A program made the position numbers and the translations under genes. Shown here piece by piece: positions 9,169-18,393 of a DNA stretch of 64,000 nt. This stretch comes from Candidatus Hydrogenedentota bacterium. GTDB taxonomy: Bacteria > Hydrogenedentota > Hydrogenedentia > Hydrogenedentales > SLHB01. Below the pieces are notes generated by a model that worked only from the letters and a program-made list of their open reading frames with translations, was not told the DNA's origin and searched no databases. Within the stretch, counting starts at the first letter, position 1; each line of letters starts with the position of its first letter. The stretch lies in NCBI GenBank assembly GCA_963668025.2, contig CAXXTH010000019.1, positions 96,001 through 160,000 on the forward strand, in the 5' to 3' direction.

Positions 9169-10624
9169 AAGTGGGCAAATCAGCATATTGCAGGTGGATG
9201 CAAACACGATCAACCGGTTGCGCGTGCGCCCCAGCAGCGCGGGGGTTGAAGTCACCGCGTATGACCAGGAGCGCGGCTCATGGACGGATGAATCCGCCCT
9301 CGCGGATGCGCTCAAGGTGTTCGCCCGCACCCATCGCTTGGCAGAAGACGAACTCTATAGTGTGCTGCCCCGGCACACGATGACCGCGCGCATCCTCGCG
9401 CTTCCATCCAATGATCTGGATGAAATCCGCGGCATGGTGCGCCTCGGGGCCGAAGAATTCGTGCCCTACCCCGCCCATGAATTGGTCATCGACCAATGTG
9501 TGCTGCAGAAACTCCCCGAGGGCATTTCAAACGTGCTGGCTGTTTTTGCCCATCGCGATGTGGTGGATGGCCATGTGCATCTGATGAAAGCCGCCGGGCT
9601 TGAACCCCATAGAATCTTTATCAGCACGGCATGCATCGCTTCTGCCGCTCGGGACGCTTGGAAAGGCGGCAGTGAGCCTTACGCCATCGTCAATCTGGCT
9701 TCGGGGGGAATCGAAGTCCTCATCATGAAAGATGGCTTTCTCGCCTACGGGCGGGGAGTGAGCACCACCCAGAATTGGGACACGCTCGAGGATAACGATA
9801 GTGAAGCCGGAGAAGAGCTGGCCATCGAGGTGAAAGCGTCGTTGTCCGCCTACCGGCGCGAATCCGAAGACGGGCAAAGCGTCGAAAAGGTGTTCATCTG
9901 TTCTGAAGGCGCAAACACCGAGGTGGCTGCGGCCGTTCTCGCCGAACAGACCGGCCTCGAGTGCGCCCCTACGCTGTTTGCCGCCAGCCTTGTCCATGGA
10001 ACCATCGCATCTCCGGCCACATTGCCGCTGGTATCGCTAGGTGCGGCTCTCGCCGCTCAGCAGCGAGAATCCGTCGCCATCGACCTCGTGCCGCAATCGC
10101 TGTTGAATGCGCGCGCCGAGGCATCCAACCGCCGCACGCTTATAGGCTCCGGATTGTTGTTAGGGTGCATTGTCGTGGCGCTGCTCGTCCTATATGGGAT
10201 CGGCACACACCAAAGAAACGCCTATATTACCCAGCTAGACGCCGAGATTGCCCTCGTTGCGGATAAAGCCACGGAAGTGCGGGATATGCAAAGCAAGCTG
10301 ACCCGGCTTAAAGAACAAGTCGATCGTTCAGGAACAGCGCTCGAGCTTATGGCCGATGTGGTGAAATTAATGCCCCCAAAAAATATGGCCATCACCAAGT
10401 TCTCGTTTGCCCGGAATGTAGAAATTACCATCGAGCTTCGAGTGAATGACCCCGCGGAAGCGGAACGCTTCACGAACAGCTTGCGTGAATCCAACGAACT
10501 GTTTAAAGACGCCAGCATGGGTAAAATCGGCACGATCCAGGAACGGGGCCGCACGTTGAACCAGCTCGAAATCAATATCCCATTGCCGGCGCCCGCGTCG
10601 GAAGAAGAAGGGGGCGGCCAGTGA
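9152..10624 (+). CDS. GspL / fused PilM-PilN-like assembly protein
   Basis: Actin-like PilM region (RILALPS..EIRGMVRLGAEEFVPYP), IDLVP motif, TM helix, coiled coil and PilN-like domain. Confidence 0.82.
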   Translation: MSVARKSGQISILQVDANTINRLRVRPSSAGVEVTAYDQERGSWTDESALADALKVFARTHRLAEDELYSVLPRHTMTARILALPSNDLDEIRGMVRLGAEEFVPYPAHELVIDQCVLQKLPEGISNVLAVFAHRDVVDGHVHLMKAAGLEPHRIFISTACIASAARDAWKGGSEPYAIVNLASGGIEVLIMKDGFLAYGRGVSTTQNWDTLEDNDSEAGEELAIEVKASLSAYRRESEDGQSVEKVFICSEGANTEVAAAVLAEQTGLECAPTLFAASLVHGTIASPATLPLVSLGAALAAQQRESVAIDLVPQSLLNARAEASNRRTLIGSGLLLGCIVVALLVLYGIGTHQRNAYITQLDAEIALVADKATEVRDMQSKLTRLKEQVDRSGTALELMADVVKLMPPKNMAITKFSFARNVEITIELRVNDPAEAERFTNSLRESNELFKDASMGKIGTIQERGRTLNQLEINIPLPAPASEEEGGGQ

Positions 10625-11301
10625 GCAGCCGATGGAGCCAAATGTCCCCGCGTGAACGGCGGCTTGCCGCCATCACTACCGTGATTGTCGGCATTATGCT
10701 CGCGTATATAGGCGTATCGCGTACGGTGGGGCATATTAAAAATTTGGATACAACCATCGCCTTGCGGCAAGGCGAACTGCGCGCCGATACGGTGCGCGCC
10801 GCCACGTATGATCGCGTCGTGCAGACATTTAGCGCCGTAGCGGAAGAGCACTCGAGCCAATTAGATGAGGCCAAGATCCGCGACCGCCTGCTTGCGGAGA
10901 TCTTGCGCCTGAGCATGGCGAAAATCCCTCCCGCCAGCAGCGCCGCCACCAGTTACACCGGCCCCAAGCTGGTGAACATCCCTTCTTTTCCCGAGGGCGA
11001 GCTGGAGGATTTAGGAGATGGATACCGGGAATATCGCATCCAACTTCGGACCGACCCGACTCGAATCGACAATATCGCTACTTTTTTACAACGCATCGAG
11101 GAAAGCGAGCAGCTTCTTCGGGTGGATAGCCTGGAACTGAGGCGGCCAAATCCGGAAGAAACAAGCGTGACAGCCAATATTTTGGTGACGCGCACACTCA
11201 TAGATTATTCGGGCATTGGCGATGAAGAACAAGCGCCTGAAACCGCTCCCAGCAGTGAGAATGCTGGCGAAGCGGCTTCTGAAGCGCCTGCGGCTCCATA
11301 A
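10621..11301 (+). CDS. GspM/PilO-like protein
   Basis: WSQMSPRERRL + TM helix; FLQRIEESEQLLRVDSLEL. Confidence 0.8.
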   Translation: MSSRWSQMSPRERRLAAITTVIVGIMLAYIGVSRTVGHIKNLDTTIALRQGELRADTVRAATYDRVVQTFSAVAEEHSSQLDEAKIRDRLLAEILRLSMAKIPPASSAATSYTGPKLVNIPSFPEGELEDLGDGYREYRIQLRTDPTRIDNIATFLQRIEESEQLLRVDSLELRRPNPEETSVTANILVTRTLIDYSGIGDEEQAPETAPSSENAGEAASEAPAAP

Positions 11302-11351
11302 CGGCCTTTAAGCGCCGCGCCAGATGAGGCGCCATTCCCGAAGGAGGGACC

Positions 11352-11873
11352 ATGAATAAACAACGAATCGGCTTCGCATTGGGCATCGCTGTCCTGGCGG
11401 GGCTGTGTGTGATGGCCATACTCAACTTGGTGAAAAACCCGGTCGAGGCGCGCTATGGCGATATCGCCTCGATCATTGAAGCCGATGAAATCTATGAGAT
11501 TAGCATACTCTATGATGGGGATGATGGAGATGGCGGCCAAGACAGCCAAAGCCCCGCGGCGAAAATGCGCAACGAGATCGCCAGCCGGGCCAGCTTATGG
11601 GCTCCCATCGTGGATGTTCCGCCTCCGCCAGCGCCCCCGCCCGATTGGAATAAGCTGCTCAAAGGCATCATACTAACGCGTACATTTATCGGTGAAGGCC
11701 CTGAGCGCAAGGTGAAGATTCTTAAAGATCCCAAAGATACCGTCGGGGAATGGGTCGGTGCGGGCTCGCGCGTCAATGGCCTTTTAGTAAAAGAAGTAAC
11801 AGATACCGCCGTTGTGTTTACTACCTTTGCAAACGGAAAAGAATATGAATACCGCATGTTGTTCCGCCGATGA
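11352..11873 (+). CDS. GspC/PilP-like protein
   Basis: N-terminal TM, Pro-rich linker, beta domain (WVGAGSRVNGLLVKEVTDTAVVF); sits directly before the secretin. Confidence 0.6.
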   Translation: MNKQRIGFALGIAVLAGLCVMAILNLVKNPVEARYGDIASIIEADEIYEISILYDGDDGDGGQDSQSPAAKMRNEIASRASLWAPIVDVPPPPAPPPDWNKLLKGIILTRTFIGEGPERKVKILKDPKDTVGEWVGAGSRVNGLLVKEVTDTAVVFTTFANGKEYEYRMLFRR

Positions 11874-12047
11874 GTTGTGTCAACCCGGCTAGGCGGAGCC
11901 TCGTATACCAAGCGTAGAAGAGATTGCCATTTTCGAGCAAGCGCAAACCCCATGGAGGGAGAAGCGCGGCTAGGGGTCCGGTTTCCGCTCCACATGTTGC
12001 AAAACAGGGGCAGGCCGCAGATAAGGGAAAGAAAGCGCAGGGGTGAG

Positions 12048-14483
12048 ATGAATCATCGGCATGGGATGTGGTGGGTAATCGGTGTAGGAGTTGCGGCCAT
12101 GTGCGCCACACTAATGTCCCCTGCTTTCGGGCAAACAAGCCCAACCGGCTCGGATGGGCCATCGGCCTCTAGTGTCACAACCGACATACCAGGCGGTGAA
12201 CAAGGCCAGGGCGCCGAACAAGGCCAGGGCGGCTCGACCGTACAAACAGGGGAATCTCCGCCAGCGCCTCGCCCGACCGTTAAAGCCGTACGCGCCACGA
12301 GCAGCGGCGCCCGCTCCCAAGGCAAAGAAGGCTTCGACGCCAGTTTGTTCAATCCGATTGAATGGCCTGAGATTCCCGATGAAGGCAAGCGCATGACGTG
12401 GACATCCGCTGGCGCGCCCGTGCCCGTGGTTCAACTCGCCGACGCCATCGCCGTGGCGACCAATTGGAACATCAGCACCTCCAAGGCCCTGGAAGAAGAG
12501 CAGATCCGCGTGTGGGCCACCAATGTGACCCCACGTGAACTGCTTAAAATCATGAAAAATTTCGGCATCTATTATGATTGGGATCCTACCATCAAGCTCC
12601 TGCGCCTGATGACGGTGGAAGAACACCTTAAAGCAAAATATGGCTCCATCTCCGAGGATGTATTCGAGATCAAACACGCCAAAGTCCAGGATATCGAAAA
12701 TATCCTCACCTCTCTTCTCTCGGAAAAAGGAAAGATCGTCGTAGATCCCCGCACCGGGCATGCCATGGTGTGGGATACGCCGGACAACTTGAAAGTCATG
12801 AAAGACACCCTCGAACGGGTAGACAAACCGCTCAAGGAAGCTGTTTTCCACTTGAAGCATATGGATGCGGACAGCGTGGTCGAGAACCTCACGGATGTCA
12901 TGTCCGAGGTCGGATATGCCCATGCGGACCAGCGCTCGAACTCGATTATCGTCGTCGACCTCCCTTCGCGCCAGGAGAAAATCGGCGACATTATCGCGGC
13001 GCTTGACCAGCCGCTCGAAACACGCACCTGGACTCTAAATTATCTGGAGCCTAAAGATGCGCTCGACCGGATCGGCAATCTGGTGCCTGAGGAAATGGGC
13101 CCCTCCTCGACAGACGAAAAAACCCACCAAATCAGCGTAACGGCCATTCCCGCGCGCCTTGAAGAAATCGACAAAATGCTCAAGGATTGGGATGTGGCCC
13201 GCAAGCAAGTGCAGATTCAGGCATATCTCGTCCTGGCGGATTCAAACATTGCCCGGCAGCTTGGCGTCAATTGGAATTACTTTGACGAGAAAAGCGGCTC
13301 GTCCTTCGCGTTACAGAACGGAGCGGCCTCTCCGGATTACTCGGTGCAATCTGGTGAAGGCCAGCGCCTGACCATTGGCACGCTGCCATACCAGGTGCCT
13401 CTCGTGAATTTCTGGACGGGCGAGGCGTTGAAGGATGCGGATGGCAACACCATCCTCGATCCGGAGTTTAAAGGCAACCGCATCAGCGCGGTCATAAAAC
13501 TCCTCGAAGACAACAACGTCGCGAAGGTGCTTTCCAGCCCGCGCGTCACGGTGATGGATGGCGAAGAGGCGAAATTCGAGGATACGCGAGATCGGCCGTA
13601 TCAAACGAGCGGCTACTCGTCTTACAATAATAACAATAATAACAACAACAGTAATTATTACAGCAATGTGATTCCGATGTCTGTTCAATTTGTCAATGTG
13701 GGCACTATCTTGAATGTGACGCCTCGCATCAATGAAGAACAGAACATCGTGATGGAGATCAGCGCGGAAGACAGCGACGCGACGGATGAAACCATTATCG
13801 TGGGCGATCAAGAGAGCACCGTGCCCAGCAAGAGTAAAAAAACTGCCGAAACCATCGTCATGGTGCATGACGGCCAGACGATCGTACTTGGCGGCTTGCG
13901 CACGACTCGCGCGGAAGATGACCTGAACAAGGTGCCGGTTCTCGGCGATGTGCCTCTGCTGAAACACCTCTTCCGCACATCCGACCGTTCGAGCCAGCAG
14001 CGCGATATCATGATCTTCCTCACGCCCACGATTTCGGATGAATTCACCAAACAAGAAGCGGACCGCCTGGCGCAGTTTGATGCGGATTTGGCTAAAAACG
14101 TGCGGCATAAAGAAAAAGACATCAAGGGGCGCGCTGAAGACAAGATTGCAAGCGGGAAAAATGAGATCATGCTCGCGGTCGGCCAATCGGGTGCGATGTA
14201 CTCCGACGGGAAACCGATGGTCATGGCGGATCTGGATGAGCTTCTAGCTGGCCAGGATTCCCCCAAATCGGTGACGCTCGTTATCCGCAGCCACCCGGAA
14301 ACGCCAGCGGAAGTGCTTGATGGCATCCAAACCTTGGCGGATCAATATGGCGTTAAGGTAGAACACGATCAGCGTATATCGGTGTTTGTGCCCTCGCCGC
14401 GCCCGGATAAGTCTGCGGAAGAAGCAGCGCCTGCCGCCGTGGAACAGAACCTGGAGCCGCTGGGCGAATCGCCTGAGTCTTGA
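12048..14483 (+). CDS. gspD: Secretin GspD with C-terminal ExbD/TolR-like extension (probable start ATG 12048)
   Basis: Signal peptide; repeated N-domains; QVQIQAYLV, VLSSPRVTVMDGEEA, VGTILNVTPRI, DGQTIVLGGL, KVPVLGDVPLLKHLFR. Confidence 0.93.
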   Translation: MNHRHGMWWVIGVGVAAMCATLMSPAFGQTSPTGSDGPSASSVTTDIPGGEQGQGAEQGQGGSTVQTGESPPAPRPTVKAVRATSSGARSQGKEGFDASLFNPIEWPEIPDEGKRMTWTSAGAPVPVVQLADAIAVATNWNISTSKALEEEQIRVWATNVTPRELLKIMKNFGIYYDWDPTIKLLRLMTVEEHLKAKYGSISEDVFEIKHAKVQDIENILTSLLSEKGKIVVDPRTGHAMVWDTPDNLKVMKDTLERVDKPLKEAVFHLKHMDADSVVENLTDVMSEVGYAHADQRSNSIIVVDLPSRQEKIGDIIAALDQPLETRTWTLNYLEPKDALDRIGNLVPEEMGPSSTDEKTHQISVTAIPARLEEIDKMLKDWDVARKQVQIQAYLVLADSNIARQLGVNWNYFDEKSGSSFALQNGAASPDYSVQSGEGQRLTIGTLPYQVPLVNFWTGEALKDADGNTILDPEFKGNRISAVIKLLEDNNVAKVLSSPRVTVMDGEEAKFEDTRDRPYQTSGYSSYNNNNNNNNSNYYSNVIPMSVQFVNVGTILNVTPRINEEQNIVMEISAEDSDATDETIIVGDQESTVPSKSKKTAETIVMVHDGQTIVLGGLRTTRAEDDLNKVPVLGDVPLLKHLFRTSDRSSQQRDIMIFLTPTISDEFTKQEADRLAQFDADLAKNVRHKEKDIKGRAEDKIASGKNEIMLAVGQSGAMYSDGKPMVMADLDELLAGQDSPKSVTLVIRSHPETPAEVLDGIQTLADQYGVKVEHDQRISVFVPSPRPDKSAEEAAPAAVEQNLEPLGESPES

Positions 14484-14542
14484 TTTGCACACATTTACTT
14501 GGGATATCTCTCAGGGAAGCCTTTATGGCTTCCCTGAGTGCG

Positions 14543-15646
14543 TTATACCTGTTCCCTGGGAGTTGGGAATTTCGTAGCGCAGGGCGCGGAGCCAAGGGTC
14601 TTGTCCAGCAAGGGCATGCTGGCATGCCCAGGCGCAAACACCGCCAAGATGCGTTCACGCACCAACGGAAGGGAAGCCTCCGGCGCTCCCGGCAACGAGA
14701 TCTGCCCGCCTGCCATGCAATAATGCCCGCCTCCTGTGCCTATCCGGCGCACTACGCGCCGCACCTTGGCCGCGACATTGCCGCGCATATCCAGCGCCCG
14801 CGCGGACAAATGGATCGTCCCCCCGCAATCGCCATAGCAAACGGAGGTGCGCATGCCTTCCAAGCGCAGCATCAATTCCGCCACTTCCGCAAAAATATCC
14901 GGATTCCCAGCCTTGCGCACCAAGGTAATAATCGCCGAACCCGCGACCTCCGCATTCGATAGGCCGCATCGGAGCATGGAAAAATAACTCGGGGGCACGG
15001 GCGCACGGCGAATATGCGCCATGCGCTTGCGGTCCATCAATGGCACGAGCGCCGTAAAGGCTTCTATGTCGGCGGGACAGGTCTCGCGGCCCAATTCCTG
15101 GGTATCCGAACGGATGCCGTAATATAGAGCCGTGGCCAGGCGGGCATCCGGCTCGATGCGCGCCGCCAGCATATACTCATAAAGAATCGTCGAGGTGGCT
15201 CCGTAAAAAGGCCGGATGTCACATAATTCCGCGCTCCAATGCGCTTGCGGGGGCCGGATGTGATGGTCAATCACGACATCCGCCGTACGGCTGGCCTCCA
15301 ACACGTTGTTGCCGGAATACGGCTGGGTGTCCACCAAGCAGATCGTCTTGAAGCCCGAAAGCTCGCCCGGCTCGAACCGGCGCAATTTGATGCCCAATTC
15401 CTCGACCATCGCCCGGTTTTCCGCACGCCCCAGCATGCCGCCGTAGCCGATCTCGACCCGCCGCCCGAGGCATTGGCTGGCGATCTCCCGAATGGCCGCG
15501 GCGCTGGCGATGGCGTCCGGATCGGGGCTGTTCTGCATCAACACCAGCGCCCGCCCACGCCGCCCGCATATAGCGAGCAGCTTCTCCAAATTCGCCGATG
15601 AACGCTCGATATCTAGTCCTTCCGGCATAATTGGCCGCCTCTCCAC
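14543..15646 (-). CDS. DHH/DHHA1-family phosphoesterase
   Basis: PDPDAIAS, LVDT, IDHH, GATSTI, GIRSDT and GGGH motifs. Confidence 0.92.
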   Translation of the reverse strand: MERRPIMPEGLDIERSSANLEKLLAICGRRGRALVLMQNSPDPDAIASAAAIREIASQCLGRRVEIGYGGMLGRAENRAMVEELGIKLRRFEPGELSGFKTICLVDTQPYSGNNVLEASRTADVVIDHHIRPPQAHWSAELCDIRPFYGATSTILYEYMLAARIEPDARLATALYYGIRSDTQELGRETCPADIEAFTALVPLMDRKRMAHIRRAPVPPSYFSMLRCGLSNAEVAGSAIITLVRKAGNPDIFAEVAELMLRLEGMRTSVCYGDCGGTIHLSARALDMRGNVAAKVRRVVRRIGTGGGHYCMAGGQISLPGAPEASLPLVRERILAVFAPGHASMPLLDKTLGSAPCATKFPTPREQV

Positions 15647-16029
15647 TCGCCCAACATGACTTTATGCGCTAAGATTTTTCGCGGCAATCACTTCTAGACC
15701 AGCTTTGGCTACCCGCCACGGATTCTTGATAAACGGATTCAAACCATCGATATGCTCGACAGTTCCATACCTGCATCCTTTCCCGTAACCACACCCAGTA
15801 TACCAGACCATCGGGCGATATGCCCGCCACGAGGACAGCTCGAATCGCCCGGTAAACAGAGACAAACCTATTGTCATCCACTAAAACAGCATATTCACGC
15901 CCAGCCCTAGAGACCTCCTTGTTTCTCAAAATGCCACCCCATAATCATCCTCGCGATAGCGGGGCTCCAAAAATGGACTTGGCAAGCCGAAACAAGCAAA
16001 TACCAGCAAGATGCACCAAAGAGGACAAG

Positions 16030-16114
16030 AAAGCGGTAGCAAGCTACCGCACTCCATACGTGCTCTAAGTTTTTTTGTGTAGCTATTTGGAGTGCGGCAG
16101 CTTGCTGCCGCTTT
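16030..16114. repeat. REP doublet (REPIN-like)
   Basis: AAAGCGGTAGCAAGCTACCGCACTCCA and inverted TGGAGTGCGGCAGCTTGCTGCCGCTTT; second doublet at 41919-42000; degenerate single copy near 38028. Confidence 0.85.
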
Positions 16115-16212
16115 GGGGGTGCGGCTCCCACTTGAATGTCCTTTTTCGGTTTTATGCCGATGCAAATGACACGGAGCGCATTTTTTGGAAGGCCTCGAAA
16201 GCGATGCTCCAA

Positions 16213-16255
16213 TGGAAATGCCCTGGATTCCCGCTTTCGCGGGAATGACACAGTG
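16213..16255. repeat. REP-like palindrome (GGATTCCCGCTTTCGCGGGAATGAC family)
   Basis: Hairpin ATTCCCGC-TTTC-GCGGGAAT; an interrupted copy lies at 1972-2171. Confidence 0.75.
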
Positions 16256-16443
16256 TTAGTACATTGCATTTCCGCCGCACTCTCATGTCCGGCGCTCTGG
16301 GGAGAGGCTGGCTCCACTGGCGCGGCCCCCAGAAGCTTGTTTGGAGCATGTACACCCATCAGTGGAAGGCGGCGGGAAGACGAATCACACTGGGGCATAG
16401 GAATCGCCAACTATGAGTGCCGCCGGAAGCCCTGGAATCCCGC

Positions 16444-16509
16444 TATGGCGAATCAATCTGCAAGGGCGGAAGGCACTCCTCGGTTGGGATGCCTTTTTTG
16501 TGCGTGGTG
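16444..16509. repeat. ~65-bp direct repeat, copy 1, with a terminator-like hairpin on the + strand
   Basis: GCGAATCAATCT..GGGCGGAAGGCACTCCTCGGTTGGGATGCCT followed by a T-run; copy 2 at 17265-17329. Confidence 0.85.
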
Positions 16510-16529
16510 TTCTGCATTTCCGGAATCTT

Positions 16530-17039
16530 CTACCAGAAGAACTGCCTCGGGGGGTACTGTCCTGTGAACAACCTCTCTCCGTAGCAAATGGCGCGTTTGC
16601 AGCGCCAATGATCGTGGGCATCGCAAGACGCTGTCAGGACTTGGTAGGCGCTCTTGGCGTCGTTTTCACCAAGCTTAAACGCAGCCTGCATCAGTAAAAA
16701 CAGAGCTTCGCTGCGAGATGATTGTGGTGTCACTGCTTGGGCTAATGTCAGGGCTTCCGTTAGCGCTTTACGTGCCTCAGAAGCGAGCCCTCTTTCTGCC
16801 AATGCGGAGATCTCCCACGCGCGAACCGCCGACCTCTTGTAATCGTCATCACAATCCGCTGCGGCCTTTCCCGCCTCGACTGCAAACGGGATCGGGTCGG
16901 AATCGGCGTATCTGGCAACCCACGACAGCGCCTGGGCTCGAAACCATGGGTCCGCTATCTCGCGTGCTTGAATCAACGCCTCACGGGGACTCACCTTGGC
17001 GAGATTGCATACCTCGTCGCGTTGTGTCGTCGCGCTCAT
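16530..17039 (-). CDS. Hypothetical alpha-helical repeat protein (cassette-like gene)
   Basis: GGAGG RBS before ATG 17039; repeats such as AREIADPWFRAQAL and AQAVTPQSSRSEAL. Confidence 0.75.
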   Translation of the reverse strand: MSATTQRDEVCNLAKVSPREALIQAREIADPWFRAQALSWVARYADSDPIPFAVEAGKAAADCDDDYKRSAVRAWEISALAERGLASEARKALTEALTLAQAVTPQSSRSEALFLLMQAAFKLGENDAKSAYQVLTASCDAHDHWRCKRAICYGERLFTGQYPPRQFFW

Positions 17040-17127
17040 GCCTTGCCTCCAAAATGACAAACAGGAATCAATACTAGAAACAGCGCCGAAAATAACACGA
17101 CGAGAATGCTTAGGAGTGTATGCATAT

Positions 17128-17186
17128 GGCTAACCTCATGGATCGAGCGCGGCGGTCACACCGTCGCCAGAAGCCGGTTGTTCGAC
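17128..17186 (-). other. Degenerate or hybrid attC-like site
   Basis: Minus strand GTCGAAC...GTTAGCC core sites around a short hairpin; the L boxes pair poorly. Confidence 0.4.
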
Positions 17187-17264
17187 GTCCGTTCCTGGCG
17201 TATAGATCATCAATACTTACCATAAGGCTTCAGTGGCGTTCATCTCACAGAACTCTATCATCGG

Positions 17265-17329
17265 TATAGCGAATCAATCTACAGGGCGGAAGGCACTCCT
17301 CGGTTGGGATGCCTCCTTTGCGCGTGATG
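17265..17329. repeat. ~65-bp direct repeat, copy 2
   Basis: Near-identical to 16444-16509; abuts the GTT core of the attC at 17327. Confidence 0.85.
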
Positions 17330-17407
17330 CAACACCCTTACCTCACGACAGGTGAAGGACGCTATCTGCGTCGGCCTTTACTTGTCTTGTGCAGATGGTT
17401 GTTGGGC
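17327..17407 (-). other. attC-like site at the 3' end of the DUF4145 gene
   Basis: Minus strand GCCCAAC-aaccat-CTGCAC...GTGAG-gtaagggt-GTTGCAT; L''/L' pair with one extra G. Confidence 0.65.
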
Positions 17408-18058
17408 TTCGTCAGTCTTTGCTCTTCGCTTCTGTAATGACTCAAAGCGTTTTGTGAGTGAGAACACGTAGATCAGAATGGCCTCGGTGAAGTCGAGGAC
17501 ATCGCGTGCATCTTCTTTGGTAACCGGGGTATCAATGTCGTGGGCTGCCTCATTCCCAATCAGGCGCACTTGGTGCGCCCAGTTCAATAAACGAGAGTCA
17601 ATATGTCCCTCTTCATGAAGTTTCCCGAGGCGTGCGTTTAGATCTCGGCCCTTGGTGTCGAAAATCTTGCAGATAGCCTCCAAACATTTTCGTGACATCA
17701 GAACACACGGCTCGAACAGGGAGGCATGTAGCGATCGGGCAGCCTGGTCGTACGCTGTCTTGACGCTCTCCGGAAGCTTCTCTGGAAGCAGTTTGGATTC
17801 ACCGGGGTAGAGAACTGTCTCTTCAGTGAAGTTCTCGAATTCACCAGGGATGCCATAGAGGGACTGCCTCACCAAGAAAGGTTGGTTGCAGCGACGACAA
17901 AGACAGACCGAGTAACGCTCCCCGTGGTACTCCGTGTCAACCTCGTCAATTGGGTTGACCGCGTCGCTACGAAACTCGGCGAATCCCTCAGCGATCACCT
18001 TCGCCTCTACAAGGATGTTGCACTGCGGGCAAAAGACGTCGAAACTTGATTCACCCAT
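17378..18058 (-). CDS. DUF4145 (HEPN-like) domain protein with N-terminal Zn ribbon (probable start 18058)
   Basis: CPQC...CRRC; AYDQAARSL, MSRKCLEAIC, LNARLGKL, VRLIGNEAAH (RxxxNxxxH); GAGGAG RBS. Confidence 0.88.
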   Translation of the reverse strand: MGESSFDVFCPQCNILVEAKVIAEGFAEFRSDAVNPIDEVDTEYHGERYSVCLCRRCNQPFLVRQSLYGIPGEFENFTEETVLYPGESKLLPEKLPESVKTAYDQAARSLHASLFEPCVLMSRKCLEAICKIFDTKGRDLNARLGKLHEEGHIDSRLLNWAHQVRLIGNEAAHDIDTPVTKEDARDVLDFTEAILIYVFSLTKRFESLQKRRAKTDEAQQPSAQDK

Positions 18059-18081
18059 CTGGTCATCTCTCCTCTTTCCCT

Positions 18082-18207
18082 TCTCAACGACAATGGTGAG
18101 CGACCACTGCCGACAGGAACAGTGGAGCGCACCAAGCACTCTCGAATGCCAGACCAGTATCGAGCGGAAGCGCTGGGTGGCGATTCCGCTCCACCCGCTG
18201 GTTAACC
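18082..18207 (-). other. Canonical-looking attC site (126 bp)
   Basis: Minus strand GGTTAAC-cagcgg-GTGGAGCG...CGCTCAC-cattgtc-GTTGAGA; extrahelical G in L''; a stop codon lies in R'' and the next ATG follows ~25 bp after R'. Confidence 0.8.
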
Positions 18208-18393
18208 GTTCTGCGCGCGCGTGCGCACATAGACCCGAAGCAAAAGCCCCCACATGACAACAATTGTGAAAACCGATAGGATAATCGCTAACAGGGTCGG
18301 TACGCCGGTAATTAGTCTCGAGTTAATGCTATCCGTTGGGGCTGCCGTCCACGGCGGCCTTACCAGAGTTGCGTTCGATCCAGTTGTTGGCGT

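Noticed and set aside
11877-12047. N-terminal extension of the secretin ORF
   Set aside because: The signal peptide begins at ATG 12048, and the upstream codons look non-coding.
15662-15929. Two overlapping short minus-strand ORFs upstream of the DHH gene
   Set aside because: No recognisable motif or clear RBS, and I cannot choose between the frames.
15907-16567. ORFs across the REP mosaic (e.g. MECGSLLPL, LDSRFRGND)
   Set aside because: These are translations of palindromic repeats rather than genes.
16444-17329. Direct repeats as a CRISPR array
   Set aside because: Only two ~65-bp copies separated by ~750 bp containing a gene; no cas genes.
18059-18253. N-terminal extension of the DUF4145 ORF
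   Set aside because: It runs through the attC site, and a good RBS precedes ATG 18058.
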